Origin: Eledone cirrhosa
Lineage: Eukaryota
NCBI GenBank assembly: GCA_964016885.1
Contig: OZ024743.1
Coordinates: 162,378,001-162,442,000 of the forward strand
Direction: 5' to 3'
Length of the DNA stretch: 64,000 nucleotides
A program made the translations under genes and the position numbers. Positions within the stretch are counted from its first letter, which is position 1, and each line of letters begins with the position of its first letter. Shown here piece after piece: positions 11,550 through 25,744 of the stretch. A model generated the notes under the pieces. It was not told where the DNA came from. It made no database searches and saw only the letters and a program-made list of their open reading frames with translations.

Positions 11550-13247
11550 AACAACTACAACGGTACGCGATGGAGCCCACCCACAGCCCCAACGGACAGA
11601 ATGGAGAAGGCGTTTTCCCGGAGGACCGCAAGAGAGACACACTGGAAAAGTCACTCCAACTCGCGGGGCTCACACCTGTGGCTGGCCAGCTCAGCGCCTA
11701 TGGTTGTGAGTAAGGAGGTAGCCCTGGGGCCGAGGATACCAGAAGTCTCCACTGCCAGGGGTACGACCGCAAACCTGTCGGAGAGCGACCGGTATTTGAG
11801 GAGTTTGGCCACCTCAGCCCGACGTGCAGCAGAACCTGGGTCAGTCGCAGACTGCACCAGGTTGCGGCTGCAGAAAGTGTCGGTGCAAGTGGCACCCCAG
11901 ACGAGGGGTTTGCCACCGCGGAACGGGAAGATGGTCATGCCAACTGGCCATGTGCCGTCCCATCGATCCAGCCCCACCGGCTCGAGTTTGGAAGGGAAGC
12001 CTGCAGCGTCCAAGCCATGCTTAATGACCTCGTTGAGGGCAGCATGGCGTGGAAGGCGGCCGGCACTATGGCGACAGGAAAGTGGGTGGAGGCCGAAAGA
12101 GTCCACGGTGGAACCGGAGCGACATTGGTGTGGCTGACAGATCCGGAGGCCGAGCCTCAGGGAAACGCCAATTCGCAGGCTATGGTTGTCTAGATGCGTG
12201 CCAGTGGAGAAGGAGGGCAGAGCATGGAGCCAGGCACCATTGTGGGGTTTGGAGGCCGCACGAAAACAAGCAAGGCGGTGCTGGTCGAGCTGGCGCGTGA
12301 GCCTGTCTGGGGCCAGGCTGCACTGGATGTCATCCCAAGTGCATTTGGGGAACTTGACGTCAATATGGGGAGAAGGAGGAGGGACGTCTACTGGGCTAAG
12401 TCCCAGCCGGCCCCACGTCTCACAGGCGGCCTCATGTTCTCTGAACACAGAGGGTTCTGTTGTGTTTTGAAGAACCCTGCTGACGAGGACCCGGCACGAG
12501 GTTACTGACGAAAGATACGCCGGCAAAGCTAGTGAGATCGGGGACCGGAGGCCAAGGCCGCCATACCTGACAAGTAAAGTGGCCTGTTCCCACCCTATGT
12601 CGTCAAACTTGACGTTGCATATCCCCTCGGCTGCTGCTCGGATACAAGTATCGAGGCCACCGAGGAGTGATGTCTAGGTGTAGCATGGAGCGCTGTGGGG
12701 TGTATAGAGGTGCTTCGGCATGGCGAAGCAGTTCCTCAGCAGAAAGAGAGCTGGGTGGCCGTTAATCAAGCCCAGTCGGCTCGTGAGAGTCTGGAGCTGT
12801 TGAAGTCTGAACCTGATGGTGGAGCGCATGGCCGGCGAGTGAATCGGTGACCCAAGGATGAGGACATCCTCTTTGGGGGTCACCTGAACCTGGCGGAGAA
12901 TGGACCGCACGTCCAAGACGGAGGCTGCAAAGCTCGCAGCATCGAGGCTGACGTTCACCACCTCCGACTTGGCCGAGTTGACCTGGAGGCCGATTCCCGC
13001 CAGGGCAGGAACCACCGATTGAAGGTCATGGCAGACCGTCCGTACGAGCCCGCCCAACGTAGCATCATCCAGATACCAAACGTTGAGAGGGGCCGTGATA
13101 CTCTGGGCGATGTGGTCAATACGAAGGGCGAACAGGAGGGGTCCCAAAGGGTCACCCTGTTGGGCCCCAGTAGCTGAGGGTATGACCGTATCAGCAGCAA
13201 GGAGCATGCTCGGGGCTCCATATGACAGGTAGGCCAGCGGGTAGGCA
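11550..13247 (-). mobile_element. CRE-clade non-LTR retrotransposon (RT + Zn finger + restriction-like endonuclease), 5'-truncated and frameshifted
   Basis: GAQQGDPLGPLLFAL, WYLDD, AWLHALPS, LRLGL, HPLSC...PRHAALN, EPVGLDR, TCTDT and VPLAVETSG. Visibly GC-rich. Confidence 0.88.
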
Positions 13248-13271
13248 GAGTTTTACTGTTAATGCACGCAA

Positions 13272-13420
13272 TCTACTATATAAATGGCAATTTCTGTCTG
13301 TCTGTGTATAACCAGTTGGCGCCTACACCAGTGATTCGATCCTGATGAAAACTTTACACTCATGTTAAGCTAATATTCGGAAACAGGACTGGCTAATTGG
13401 ATTTCAATAAAAATCAATAA
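13272..13420 (+). mobile_element. Possible Helitron 5' terminal fragment
   Basis: A|TCTACTATATAAATGGCAATTTCTGTCTGTCTGTG resembles the other Helitron 5' ends; no 3' CTAG found. Confidence 0.4.
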
Positions 13421-13652
13421 TGGAACCCTTGGGGACATCTTTACAATGGAGGAGGAAAGAGAAGACGTTTCAGTGAGAGAGGGGGAAGAGGAGATACTAC
13501 TACTGTATGTTAAACCCTCCCTCCCACCACTTCCCTTCCACCTCCCACAACTCAGTCCTCCAAGCAACAACTTATTAGAAATATACATAAAGAAATGTCA
13601 AACAAAACAGACGACAATCAAATTTTGGTTGACGACTGAACAGATACCTCTG

Positions 13653-13739
<87 letters not shown>

Positions 13740-13744
<5 letters not shown>

Positions 13745-14173
13745 GTCGAGTGCTTGGCTGCACTGCTGAAGGCATTCGTTGGCTTAGCTGCTGCTCGAAC
13801 TTCGAATATGCTGTACTTTCGTTTTTATTACTATCTCCTAGACCTAATGATTAATTGATTCATTTAATTTGACAATTCCATTGACTGGTTAATTATTTAA
13901 GTTTGTTTAATAACGGTTTGGTTGAGTGATTAATTCAGTTTGTGTATGGAATTTTTTCCATTGCTCATAATTTGAATTTGACCGCCATAAACCGGGGTTA
14001 CCTTCCTTTGGAGTACGAAAGCCTGTTGAGAAAGTAAGTCCTCTGTGCGATCTTCCAGAAACCTAACTTGTATACACCACAAGCGGATGTTGTTGATTTC
14101 GGATTTACAGAAACCTCACTTAGATATTCAATAATTTCGAAGTGAAGGTCCAGGTTGGTTATATAAACAAATA

Positions 14174-14260
<87 letters not shown>

Positions 14261-14493
14261 ATTTAATATATCTACTAACATAAGCGCACAGATGTACGCC
14301 AATGCCAGCAAATACACAGGTTATGTCATAGTACCTAGGTGGTTCAATGCAGGAGGATGCAGAACAATAATATAAAAGACGTAAAATAAGAAAAATTTTT
14401 TTTAAATTTTTAAAAAGTTTTAAAAAAATTTAAAAAAAATTTTTTAAAAATAAATTTTTTTTTTTTTTATTTTTTTTATTTTCTTATTTTACG

Positions 14494-14563
<70 letters not shown>

Positions 14564-15560
14564 GTGTGTATGTATTTTTTCTCACTAGTCAGTTCTTTCG
14601 TTGTTACAGATCACGCGGCTGAATTAGCGGTCGCTAGCTTCAATTTGCAAAGCCCTTTAAATGTATGTTATTATTCTGAGGTCTATACCTTGTCGAGTGC
14701 TTGGCTGCACTGCTGAAGGCATTCGTTGGCTTAGCTGCTGCTCGAACTTCGAATATGCTGTACTTTCATTTGTATATATATATATCACAACCACTGATAT
14801 GGGTTCTGAACACAAGCACACGCTTAGGTCACATTAAGGTCAACTGCAGGAATCGGTGATTAGTTACAAAAAAGTGTGATCAATGACCTGGATGTTGGCT
14901 TATCATGAGATTAGTCCGAATAATAAAACCCAAATCGTAAGTTGACGAATATTCGTACACCCGGCTTGTTAATTGTAACATGCTGTCTTTGAGAGTAGAG
15001 TTTATTTTGTCGATATTTCGAGGTGTCGGATCGTGGGGAGATTAACACGAATTAAAATGTAACTTCTCCCCCATTATTGACACTTTGCAACAGTGATCGT
15101 TACAAGACCCCCTTTAGGGCTAACACTTCTGATTGTTTATCTGACTTATTATGGTGTGTTTTCTCGGGTTATGTCTACTATAGGGGGAAAACGGGATGGT
15201 TTTATTGAATTGCTTCAGTCATTCGAAGGGCTTTACAAACGGTGATATACAAGGTGCTTGAACAGTACCTGAATATGTTCACTTGGTTATAATTACTTCA
15301 ATGATTGCGATGACTCCCTCAATTGTTTTGTGTTTGTTGTTGAGCGCTAAGGCAGTAAGTTTGCTATTCTTATATATAAGTTTGTTGGATAAGTTCGAGA
15401 CTCTTCGAGATCAAACTTCCCCGGCTTATTCACTCTGACTTAAACAGCTATTGATAGTTCCACACAAAAATTGATCTGCCATAAAAACACCTAGCAAAGA
15501 TTTCTATTGAAAATCCAGTATGTGCACCCAGGATCGCTAACATTTTCAGGCGCCCTCTGG
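13740..15560 (-). mobile_element. Heavily decayed Penelope-like remnant with an ~80 bp direct repeat (13740-13822 = 14686-14768)
   Basis: The direct repeat is plainly visible. Faint similarity (LISPRSDTSKIST, HPLVV) to the PLE ORFs at 41567 and 61473. Confidence 0.35.
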
Positions 15561-16734
15561 GAACTGCGAATAACCTCACCTTTCCCAGGTATTACTGGGT
15601 ACTGCAGCTATATATGCAGCTATATATGCAGCTATATATGCAGCTAATATAGAATCAACTCCAGTACTAGATTGGTACTTTTTTATCGACCTCAAAAAGA
15701 TGAAAAAACAAAGTTGACCTAGGCGGAATTTGAACTCAGAGAGGAGAGAGCCGGGACGAACACACCAAAAGCATTCTCTCCGACGTTCTAGTGATTCTGC
15801 CAATTCACCGCCTCTAAGGTACAATTTATACTTTGTCAAAGTGAACGTGACTCGAGTATCACCTGAACTATCAACAATTTTCGGTTTACTATATCAGCGA
15901 GCCTTTGCCAGTACACTCAGCATGCTAGAAATTGCAGCCAAATGTCTCCCAATTTTTAATTTGTCTATAAATTTTATTGATTGCACAAAATGATCATTAA
16001 TATAAATTTCTAGTTAAAAAAGTAGCGGATTGTAGCCTCTTAAAACTTTTAAGTTGCCTATAAAATAGCAAGTTGCTTATTTATTTATTTGCTTGTTTTC
16101 AAGTAGTGCGCAGTCCTCAAAGGTAACGTAGCTCGTTACTTTTATCCCGATCTGTTAACCCTATTTAAGGCATGCAACTGAAACTAAAGCTGAATAGTCA
16201 CGCCGGGAATACGCATATTTTACAGTTATTCTCTACTACAACATACGCGAAAATAAAATGGGAAGGAATAGCCCTCGACTAACAGTAACTTCAGAAAAAC
16301 GCATCAAGCATACAAATAGAAAATAAAAGGAATACGTAATGGAAATATAAACAACGAACAAAAGCACAAAAACATAGTAGAAAATAAAGGTGTCTAATTT
16401 AGGCACAATGTAAGCAATTTGGAGAAAATGGGAAGTCAGTTATATCGACCCGGTACGACAGGTGCTTCGTTTTATTGACACCGGAAGGAGGAAAGGCAAA
16501 GTTGACTTCAATGGGATTTGAACTCACTACCTAAAGAGCTTGAACACCGAGTAGAAAATAACTACATTGAAATTACAAACACTGAGAACGGAAATATTGA
16601 AGATAGATCTAACCCAAGCAAACCAATCAAAATAAATAACAAAAACTTCAAAATAAACCGTAGCACAGAAGATTAATAATAAAAACTGAACTAATACTAT
16701 GCTAACTAAAATATGTAACAGGAATAGCAACAGA

Positions 16735-17710
16735 CCACCTTACCCGTCATATATGGCGGCCTTGTCTCCAGTTTCACTGGCCCTGCTTGCTTTCCTTTCA
16801 TAGATGACCTCCTGCCATGTCCTCATCAACAGGGTTCTCCACAACACAGCTGAACCTATTGTGATCGGTGAAAGCGAGGCGGCCTACGCGACATGGAACC
16901 AGCTCGGCCTCCACCTTGTGAACGTCCATCCCCTATTCCTTCCAAAACAAATAGGACACCATCCTTTGCAACATGATTTCAGACAGGCTAGCACACCAGC
17001 TCGACTTTCTGGCATGTTTTTGCTTGGTCTCCCATATCCGCAGTGATGCCTGTCTCAATGCAGTTCCATCACTTACGACTGACACTCAGCTGGACAGCGA
17101 CTGCTTGCGCATCGTTGTTTCCCTGAGGTTCGGCCTCCGGATCTATGAACCTCACAAATGCTGTTGCGGTACCACTGTCGATCCTTTCGGTCTCCACACT
17201 GTCATGCCGTTCGTGTTGGCCGCCTCCCACGCCATGCTGCTCTCAATGAAATTATAAAACATGGCCTGGATGGCGCGGGCTTCTCTTCTCAGCTCGAGCC
17301 AGTGGAGCTGGACCGAGGGGACGGCAAAAAGCCGGACGGCATGAAAATCTTCCCGTTCCAAGAGGGTAGACCGCTCATTTGGTATCATATATTCTGTGAC
17401 ACCTTTTCGAGTGGAAACATGGTGCGTTCGGCTAACAGCTCAGGTCCTGTTGCCCACCAGGCCGAAGACGGCAGACTGTCCAAGTATTGGCCGCTCTCTG
17501 ATAGGTTTGTGGTTGAGCCTGTAGCAATAGAGACTTTCGGTGTTCTTTGCGCCCAGACCACATTCCTGCTCTCTGTTATCGGAGAGGAGTTGGCTCCCCG
17601 CGAGTGCGGGCCCCGCAAGATGGGCTGTTCCAGCGCGGCTCCCTCATCATCCTCCGGGGTAATGTATTCTTCATCCTGTCGGCCGGGTGGAGGATACGCG
17701 TTCGGACGTC
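16735..17710 (+). mobile_element. Second, diverged CRE-clade element (C-terminal RLE region)
   Basis: TLPV.YGG, CLRIVVSLRFGL, GRLPRHAALNEIIKHGL, EPVELDRGDGKKPDG and EPVAIETFG. Confidence 0.88.
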
Positions 17711-17974
17711 ACACATACTCAACCACTTATACAGTTCAACGAGTTAGTTAATATAAACACTAAAACAAAATTGATGTTATAGTTATTAGTGAATTAATTG
17801 ATCTTTATATATTAATGCATGAATATGCATTAATACATTTTTGTGTATTTACCTACTGTTATCCACAATCATAAAAGTATACGAGGAGAAAGTTTTAACG
17901 TTGAAAATACTGGATGTAACAAAAATCTAAAAGAAAGACATTTGACGAAAAATCGTCTCAAACAATTATCTTTA

Positions 17975-18568
17975 TCTATATATATAAAGCTGTGGTTGTC
18001 TGTCTGTCTATCGATTTTTGGCACACATCTCCTCTTAGAATCTCTGACGGAATTGCACCGAAATTGCTATACTTGTACATTGAGCCCTAGCGAAGACATC
18101 GGAAAAAAATATTTCAAATTGACCCACCCTATGTGACGAAATCGAATCTAATGTATCGATTTTTGAGCGTAAGTGACGAGTTATTTCCCTTTGTTCTGTT
18201 TACCTCAGCGTTTAAAATGACATTAACACAATACATGAACAGTTGTCGAGCCAGCAAAATTTTGACCTGCAAAATTCATCAGTTCGAACACTAAGCTTCC
18301 GTTTTGCTTCATTTCCATTTAAAAGCCTTTTAAAACAATATTTTTACTTGAAAACAAGTCTATTTAAAGACTACGTAAAACAAGCAAATATTTCGTAAAA
18401 AAAAGCAAAAATTATATAAGTTTATTTAAAATATATGTATCTGTAAATTTCGTTAGGCGTGCAGACAGACAGTCGTGCAGACAGACTTTAAGCCAAAAAA
18501 GAAACTTAACATTGTAACTTTAACACAGCTACTGAGCGACCCCGAGCAACGCCGGGCTTCACTGCTAG
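17975..18568 (+). mobile_element. Non-autonomous Helitron, shorter copy of the 4849 family
   Basis: Same 5' TCTATATATATAAA, 3' hairpin and CTAG, with A|T flanks and internal deletions. Confidence 0.9.
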
Positions 18569-19719
18569 TTTACGATAAAATAGCAACAACAATAAACAAA
18601 AAATGCCAACTGGTCCATCATAAATATATCGATTTCAAATTTAGGCACCAGGCCAGCAAATTTGGCGAGGTAAGGCAAAATTGATTAAATCAACCCCAAT
18701 ACTTGAATGATACTTTATTTTTTTCGGTCCCTGAAGAATAAATGGCAAAGTTGACCTTGGCGGGATTTGGGCTCAGAATGTAAACTAATACCATAAGAAC
18801 ACTTTATCCGGCGTTCTACCAAATATATCAATCCATCACCACATATTTATCATAAATATATTAGAAACGTTAGTGATCTTAATATCACCAAGATAAATCG
18901 ATTAATATATTGTGGCAGCAGGTGGTATTCATTCTGGCTCTCTGCGCTATCTGGGTTCATATTCTGCCGAAGTAAACTTTGCCTTTCATCCTTTACCAGT
19001 CAAATACTTTTATATTCCACCCCCTCTCCCCCCCCCCTTCACTCCTCTTAAAGAAACCGGCTGTGACTAGACCTGGAGAGGAGGTGGTCTCCACCAAGAT
19101 TAAAGTACCCAAGCCACGCCATATGTCATGACAGTACCCCTACCATTACATCAGGAGTTACGGGTCCATACATAGATGTGTAACAGCCAAAATAGTCACA
19201 AAAGAAAGTGGGTATCTCTCGAATCTTCTCTTTTTAAGTGTTCGTATTCTGTTAGTATATCAATTGATTGTTATTTCTTCCCAGAATTGTTCTTATGTTG
19301 CACTTTTTTTAACATTCTCGTTCATGACTGTCAATTCAATAACTATAGTCTATCCCTAATGCTGAAAGGAATAAAATAAAATCTCAATACTGGCTGAGAA
19401 ATCTAGAACATAAATTCATGACAAAATTATTTTTTATCTTGGCAAATGACCAAAACCTTCCCGCGAGAAACTACCAAAAGTATTACTGGAAAATGTATGG
19501 AAGATGTAAATAAATAATCAATACCAGTACTTCTATAAAAGCAGTATAAGCAGTATAACTGAGTTGGATGTTTCAGATACTGGAAATGAATGGCAGCATT
19601 ATGGAATAAGAACAAAAAATATGGTAAAACCACACTACAAATAGGTTTATAGAATGACAAGTGACTATGCATTTGGTTTTGCTGATTCACATAGACAGTG
19701 AGACTAAAGCAAATCACTC

Positions 19720-19845
19720 AGGTATTATCGACATAGACTATCACATCTAATTTATGTCAATTTAACGGATTACAATATATATCCGAAAGAAATGGAGAAA
19801 CTATCCAAATATAAAGACCTGGAAATATAGAGATCCAGAATTAGG
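19720..19845 (+). mobile_element. R4/Dong-like RLE fragment
   Basis: KEMEKLSKYKDLEI motif, as in the 35745 element. Confidence 0.55.
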
Positions 19846-20789
19846 GGGTTGAAACAATTTCTAAGGATGCGTGATCAAGAAATGTTAAAAAATATGGAGT
19901 TAATTTTATAAACTAAATTCAAATACATACCATACAGAAATTTTCGCTCGTGGTCAATGCAAGCATATAACGTACACAATATAACGTAATACAATAGCAT
20001 ATAATGTAATACAATAGCAATACACACAAACAAAAAAACAATGCACACAGCCAATACACACGAAGCTGTTCTCAAGAAGAACCGTGTTTACTTGAAAACT
20101 TCGTTTTACAATAGAAATTGGAATTAATAAAAGTCACTTAACAGTAAAAAGTTGAAGGAAAACATTAATTGTTCAATATTTTGAATCTCAGTAACACTGG
20201 TTACACTGGAAAATGTTAATGAGAAGTAAGCTGTAGACATCCTCATTATTGTTGCCATACTTAGAAACACAGCGTGACAAACGTGTGAGATGCAACGATG
20301 TTCAAATAGTTGCTTAGTGCTTCACTACTTGAATCTATTATCTTTAGCTGCCCATAGTTTAGTGGGCTGGATCTACACATACCCTAACATAGTAAAACAG
20401 TTATTAAATGTTTGTTTGTTTTTTTATTTAGTTAGAAGAGGATTGCTGCATCCTTGACTTTTGTGAACTCTCTTGGACTAGTGAGATTAATTTAATTGAT
20501 AATTATTTTGAACATGTGAATTTGGTTGATGTTCTGAGGAGAAAGAATTTAGCAAAGAGTTTTATCATGTGTTTGTGTGACGAGGGAAGAAAAGGCGAGT
20601 AAAAAAATAATCTGAAGCTTACTAGTGTAGACGAGCTTAGAGATTGTAGCAGCGATATTATACGGAGAAATGAGAAAACGCGTCGGTGAACTAGAAGTTG
20701 TAGTGTGCTGTTTAATGAGTATTTGCCAATCAATCGAACTACCTTTTTGAATGTGGTATAAAATGTTTGTATATATAGTAAATACACAC

Positions 20790-21000
20790 AATGTCGGTTA
20801 TTAGTATGTACGCATTTCCTCCATTAGACCCAGTTCTGTGCCAATCGTTCACACATCAAATGCAGCAATCTCGAGTTCTATAGAATATTGTCTTGCCAAC
20901 TCTTTGGTGGTCTGCCTCTTTTTCTCGGATATTGGAAATCTACCTTGAATATTTGGTAGACCATAAATGTCTCTTGTTGCCGAACAACGGCATGGTTAAT
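20790..21000 (-). mobile_element. RTE LINE 3' fragment
   Basis: Minus-strand PRKRGRPPKSWQDNI. Confidence 0.5.
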
Positions 21001-23384
21001 GTATTGCTTCAATTTTAATTTTGGGCTAATCTTCATATATCCATTCTTAGCTGCTCAATAGTGTAGTGCAAGTACACAATAAAAAGATGACTGTTGGAAA
21101 TTAATAACAATTTCTCATTTAGGCACAAGGCCAGCAATTTGTGGAGAGGGAAAGTCGATTATGTCGCCCGCAGTACTTTACTTGTGCTTTATCGACCCAG
21201 GAAGGATGAAAGATTTGAACTTAGAACATAAAGGGCTGTAATTAAATGCTGCAAAGCATTTTGATCGACTTCGCTCTAACGATTCTGCCAATTCACCACC
21301 CTTATTGGAATCTAATAATCATTATTTATAGCATTAGCAAAAGACCACTTATTTGGGGAAGGAAAACAGTCAGTTAAATCGACTCTGGAAGGATGAAAGG
21401 TCAAATCGATCTTGGTGAAAAGCACAATATAGGAATTACACTAACTTTGAACTAAAACAAAGAATGTGTCTATCCCCACCACCCCATTTGTAATTCATAC
21501 AACTGCAATCATACACAACCTCTTCTGAAAAGACAGGCACCTTTCAGCAAATAACAATATTAAGATCTCTTAAAGATGTTAGGTCATTCTCACACGGTTA
21601 ATCGTCGACATATGCATGTAAGTTTGCCTAGATGTACCCTTTTTAATATAATTGTTTCTACTTTTGGCACAAGACCAGCAATTACTGGTACTTTATTTTA
21701 TCGACCCCGTAAGGATGAAAGGCAAAGTTAACTTCGGCGGGATTTGAACTCAGACCGTAATGGGACATACCCTTTTTTATATAATGAAACTCGTGATGTA
21801 TCCGTCAACTCATGAATGCTTGAAATATTAATAATAATTCAAAATAAGCATATACCTAAAATTTTGAAAGAATAATATAATCTATTATAGTCGGTGGGAT
21901 CTGAATTCAGAGTTTAAGAAAGATGCGAGTTTTAGCTATTATTAATAAGGATGGGATACGAACTGCTATTGATCATCTACTCAAAAATCGCTTACTCTTA
22001 CGAACAAAGCCAAATAGCCTTCATTAAAAAGATAAACAAAATTAAAATTTCCTGAAACAACATATCCGGATCGTTCAAACGAAGTATGTTTGCCTAAAGA
22101 TGAAGCCGAACATTATTCAAACTACTTATCGTTTCAGCACTAGTAAGGTAGACACAGCAATTGTCACTACCTACTGATGCTACAAGCATTATCAATTTCT
22201 TTAGGATTATATGAATAGAAGAATCAGTAGTGTACCGGACATTATACTTTGTGGACTTTAATCACTTCTCATTACACTTCGCAATTTTGTCCGCGGGGCG
22301 CAGCCGAAACACCGCCCTGACCGAAGTGTAGACTCTGTCACCCTTTCCCTTTCCCTTTTCCGTTGCCTAATAGTCCTTACTCTTTCTCTTCTTTTCCTCT
22401 TATTTATGGCATTTATAGTCCTTTCCTTTACTTTCCTATACAGCCAGATCTGCCTATCTTTACCCCTTCCCCCTTTTTCTCATAACTAAATTACGTTTTT
22501 ATCTTTTTTAATATTTTCATCATTGTCTAACTTTTGTTCAATAAAGCCTATTGCATAAAAGCTTTAATTTTTTTAATACATATATATATGTTTTAAAAAA
22601 TGCTTACTCTGAGTTAAAATCCCGTCGAACCTGAATTTGCTTCAATAAAACAAGTGCCAGTCATATTTGTTGTTGATCTAGTTATTGTAGTTATTATTCT
22701 CGTTTTATGTTTGTTTTGTAGATTTTATTGGGCCGCTATTTCTGTTATTGCCATTATTATGTTGTTATTTTGTGTGTGGGAGGGGCTATGCTGCAGATGT
22801 TTTCATTGTAGTTGTTTCTATTGCTGTTGTTGCTATAGCTGTTGTTTCTGTTACTGTTGTTAACATTGTGGTATGTAGCTGGTCGGTTGAGCAACAACAT
22901 GAGATTCGTGGATCTATTGTTTCAAAACTACCATACTGCACACTTCGTTACAGTATCGCAATCTTGACTTGTCCACCCTCTCCACTGCCCGTTTGTGTAC
23001 GGCTATAGATTCTGGTGGTAGCCACAGCAAAGATGAACAAGAAGGACGTTTCTGACCAGAGCTTGAAAGTTTCTGCTCCTCTGCATTCTCATTAATACGA
23101 TAATTAAACACAGTGTTTAATGCTAATGAGGCTACTGGTATGTTTTTCTGAATATGTACCTTTTTTTATATTTGTGCATAATAGGAAGGGATTATTTTGT
23201 AATATAGGGTTATGTCATATTGCAGATGTGTCTGAATATTCGGATGGACTAAATGGGATAGTTGATGTCATGAGGGTACTGAGTAGGTGATGTAGATATC
23301 TTGTTTGTTTGACGATAGTTGCGCATATAGTGACAGAAAATGTGAGAGAATTTTAATTTACTCTTACAAAAATGCACGGAGCAT

Positions 23385-23720
23385 GGCCGGACGTTTAAGA
23401 AGTTCGCTTTGAAATTATTAGGTCCCGGCTTTCTATCCCACTGCTTGGTATCTTGGGCAAATATCATTTACCTCAGATCGACCTATGTCTTGTGAATGAA
23501 ATTGGCTAGACGAAAACTGTTTGAAAGCTCGTCGGATTGACTGTACCTAAAAATTGAAAGGGCCAGCCTTTTCACACAATGTCACGCTGGATATCCCTGA
23601 GAATTACTTTAAGGGTACACGTGTCTGTTGAATTCCTAGCCACTTACATGTCAATTTCATGAGCTAGCTGTTCCGTTGATTGAACAATCAGAACACTCAT
23701 CGTCGAATCCGACGGAGGTC
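23385..23720 (+). mobile_element. Old CORE-like SINE
   Basis: Degenerate tRNA head and CTTGGTATCTTGGGCAAATA core, followed by a SINE-type body. Confidence 0.45.
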
Positions 23721-25744
23721 CATTCCCCTATTGCAACAAACTGTCACCTTCGCTTGTCCAGCTGGTTTTCATTTTTGTTTCGAAGCATAAAGAACCTTTG
23801 GATATGATCTATGTTCAAATTGTGGCGGTGCCAAGCTGCAGTTTTATGTTCTCTGTAATTTATTGTTGTGGTTATTAAACTCCCGGACAGGTCTTCGTAT
23901 AATCTATTATGCATATATTGGCTATATAAGAATGTTGTTTTTCTGTTATCCAATTGTGGTACCTGTAAATAAAGTATGTTTGTTTTCTAGGTGCGTGTGC
24001 AATGAATGTTGTAGAGATGTTGTATGCCATTCTTTGTATGTTTGACTTCTCTGTAAGTGATATTTTTATACTATGATAATTGTTTATATTTTATTTTCTC
24101 CGGTGCTGCTAATAAAAAAAGAGATTTGAATTTGATAAGTGCTACATTAATTCTGTTTTTATGAAGCCAGATTTCTGGGTGATTAATATATGTTTATTCA
24201 GTTGTGTCTAAAGCGTAGTGGGGGTGACAGTGTTGTCATATGTGTGTATATTCAATATAAAGTGTGGGATAGTTGTGTAGATTTGAATTAAAATAGTTGA
24301 GATGATAGATATTTACCATACATCATTCGAGAAATTGCAAATTCTGGATGTGTTGTCCTATACTGCATAGGCTGGATCACATCAAAGATAGTTTACTCAC
24401 AAACGTTTTCTACTGTTTCGTAAGGAAGCGTTGCATATCACGGGTCATGTTTACGAACGATGGAAAGCAGGATGCTGAATTACGCGCAAGAATTACAGGA
24501 GCTGGTGCAGTAATGTGCCAGCTTCAGCATTCGGTCATCTTTAAGAAAGGCGGTGGGTGTAAAAGCCAAACTCATAATCTAATGAAGTTGAAAGCTTTTC
24601 TAGTGTTGATGACAGCTATGGTGGTATGTATGGTGGTGGTTATGTTGAAGTCATATAATTTTTGTGTAATATTTGTTAGTGTGCTGATCGTGAACAATAG
24701 TCTAAATCCATGTTGTGAGTTTTAAAGAGTGATATCAACAATGCGTCTCCTTATGATTTAGTAAAGTTAAGTGATAGATCTGTGTGAACTTATGTAAGGG
24801 AGAGAGAGACTATAAAATCGTTATGTTGCTTCCCAATTTCCATATTGTGAGAATTTGATAGTGTTGATATGAGAAGTTGAATACATTGCTGAGTGCAATA
24901 ATTTCTTCAGATCCTAAGGGTTTTAAGTATATATTTGAAATTTTGTTAGACTAAATTTTTTGGACTCGTATGTGAAATTCTTCTTTCTGTGTCTGATGGA
25001 AAGATGAGGCGTAAAGAAGAGTATCTATCTTGCATTTTATATTTCTATCTTCTTCGTGTATCGTGTATATTTTGCGACTGATTTTCAATAAGTGAATATG
25101 CTTGCCTGGGTGTGTGCTATTGAGATTTAAAGCTATTAAATGGCATTGTGCTGTGGCTTTTGTTGAAAATGTTGAAGCTATTAATTACTACTTTTACTGT
25201 ATTTTACAACCAGTACCAATACTAACAACTACCAACATCAACGACAACAGCAACACCCATTGAATACAATTGTTTTGCAGTTTAGGGCTTTAGTTTGTTT
25301 TATTTTCTCTGTTATTTCCTTATGTTCTATTTCAGTTGCGTGGGATTTTATCTTTTATGTTGCCCTGTGGGATTCATTTTGAAACATTTTGCTGAATGTG
25401 ACTGTATAGACTATGTGGGGGGTTGTGGTGTTAAGGTCAATGAACCTCAATTCTATTTTTTGGTGGATGCTGTTCCACTGGGTTTTTTTCTTTTGAGGTT
25501 TGTGAAACTATTTTGTCTTGTTCATTAATGTATGACTGTGCTGTTATGATGTTATGACGAGTGGTCAAAAGTGAGTTGAGGAATAATTTGCCAGAAACGT
25601 AAGGTAATAAAGTGATGTTTGATGTTTGTATGCTTAATGTAATTAATTTGGTGAGTTATGTGGGTGTATGGTGTGGACTGAGTTCAGATGTGATACTATT
25701 TTATCTCTGTTGTGTTATTTATCGTTATTTATTAGCCCCAATCA

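Noticed and set aside
11601-12508. Plus-strand ORFs over the CRE element
   Set aside because: GC-rich antisense frames of the retrotransposon.
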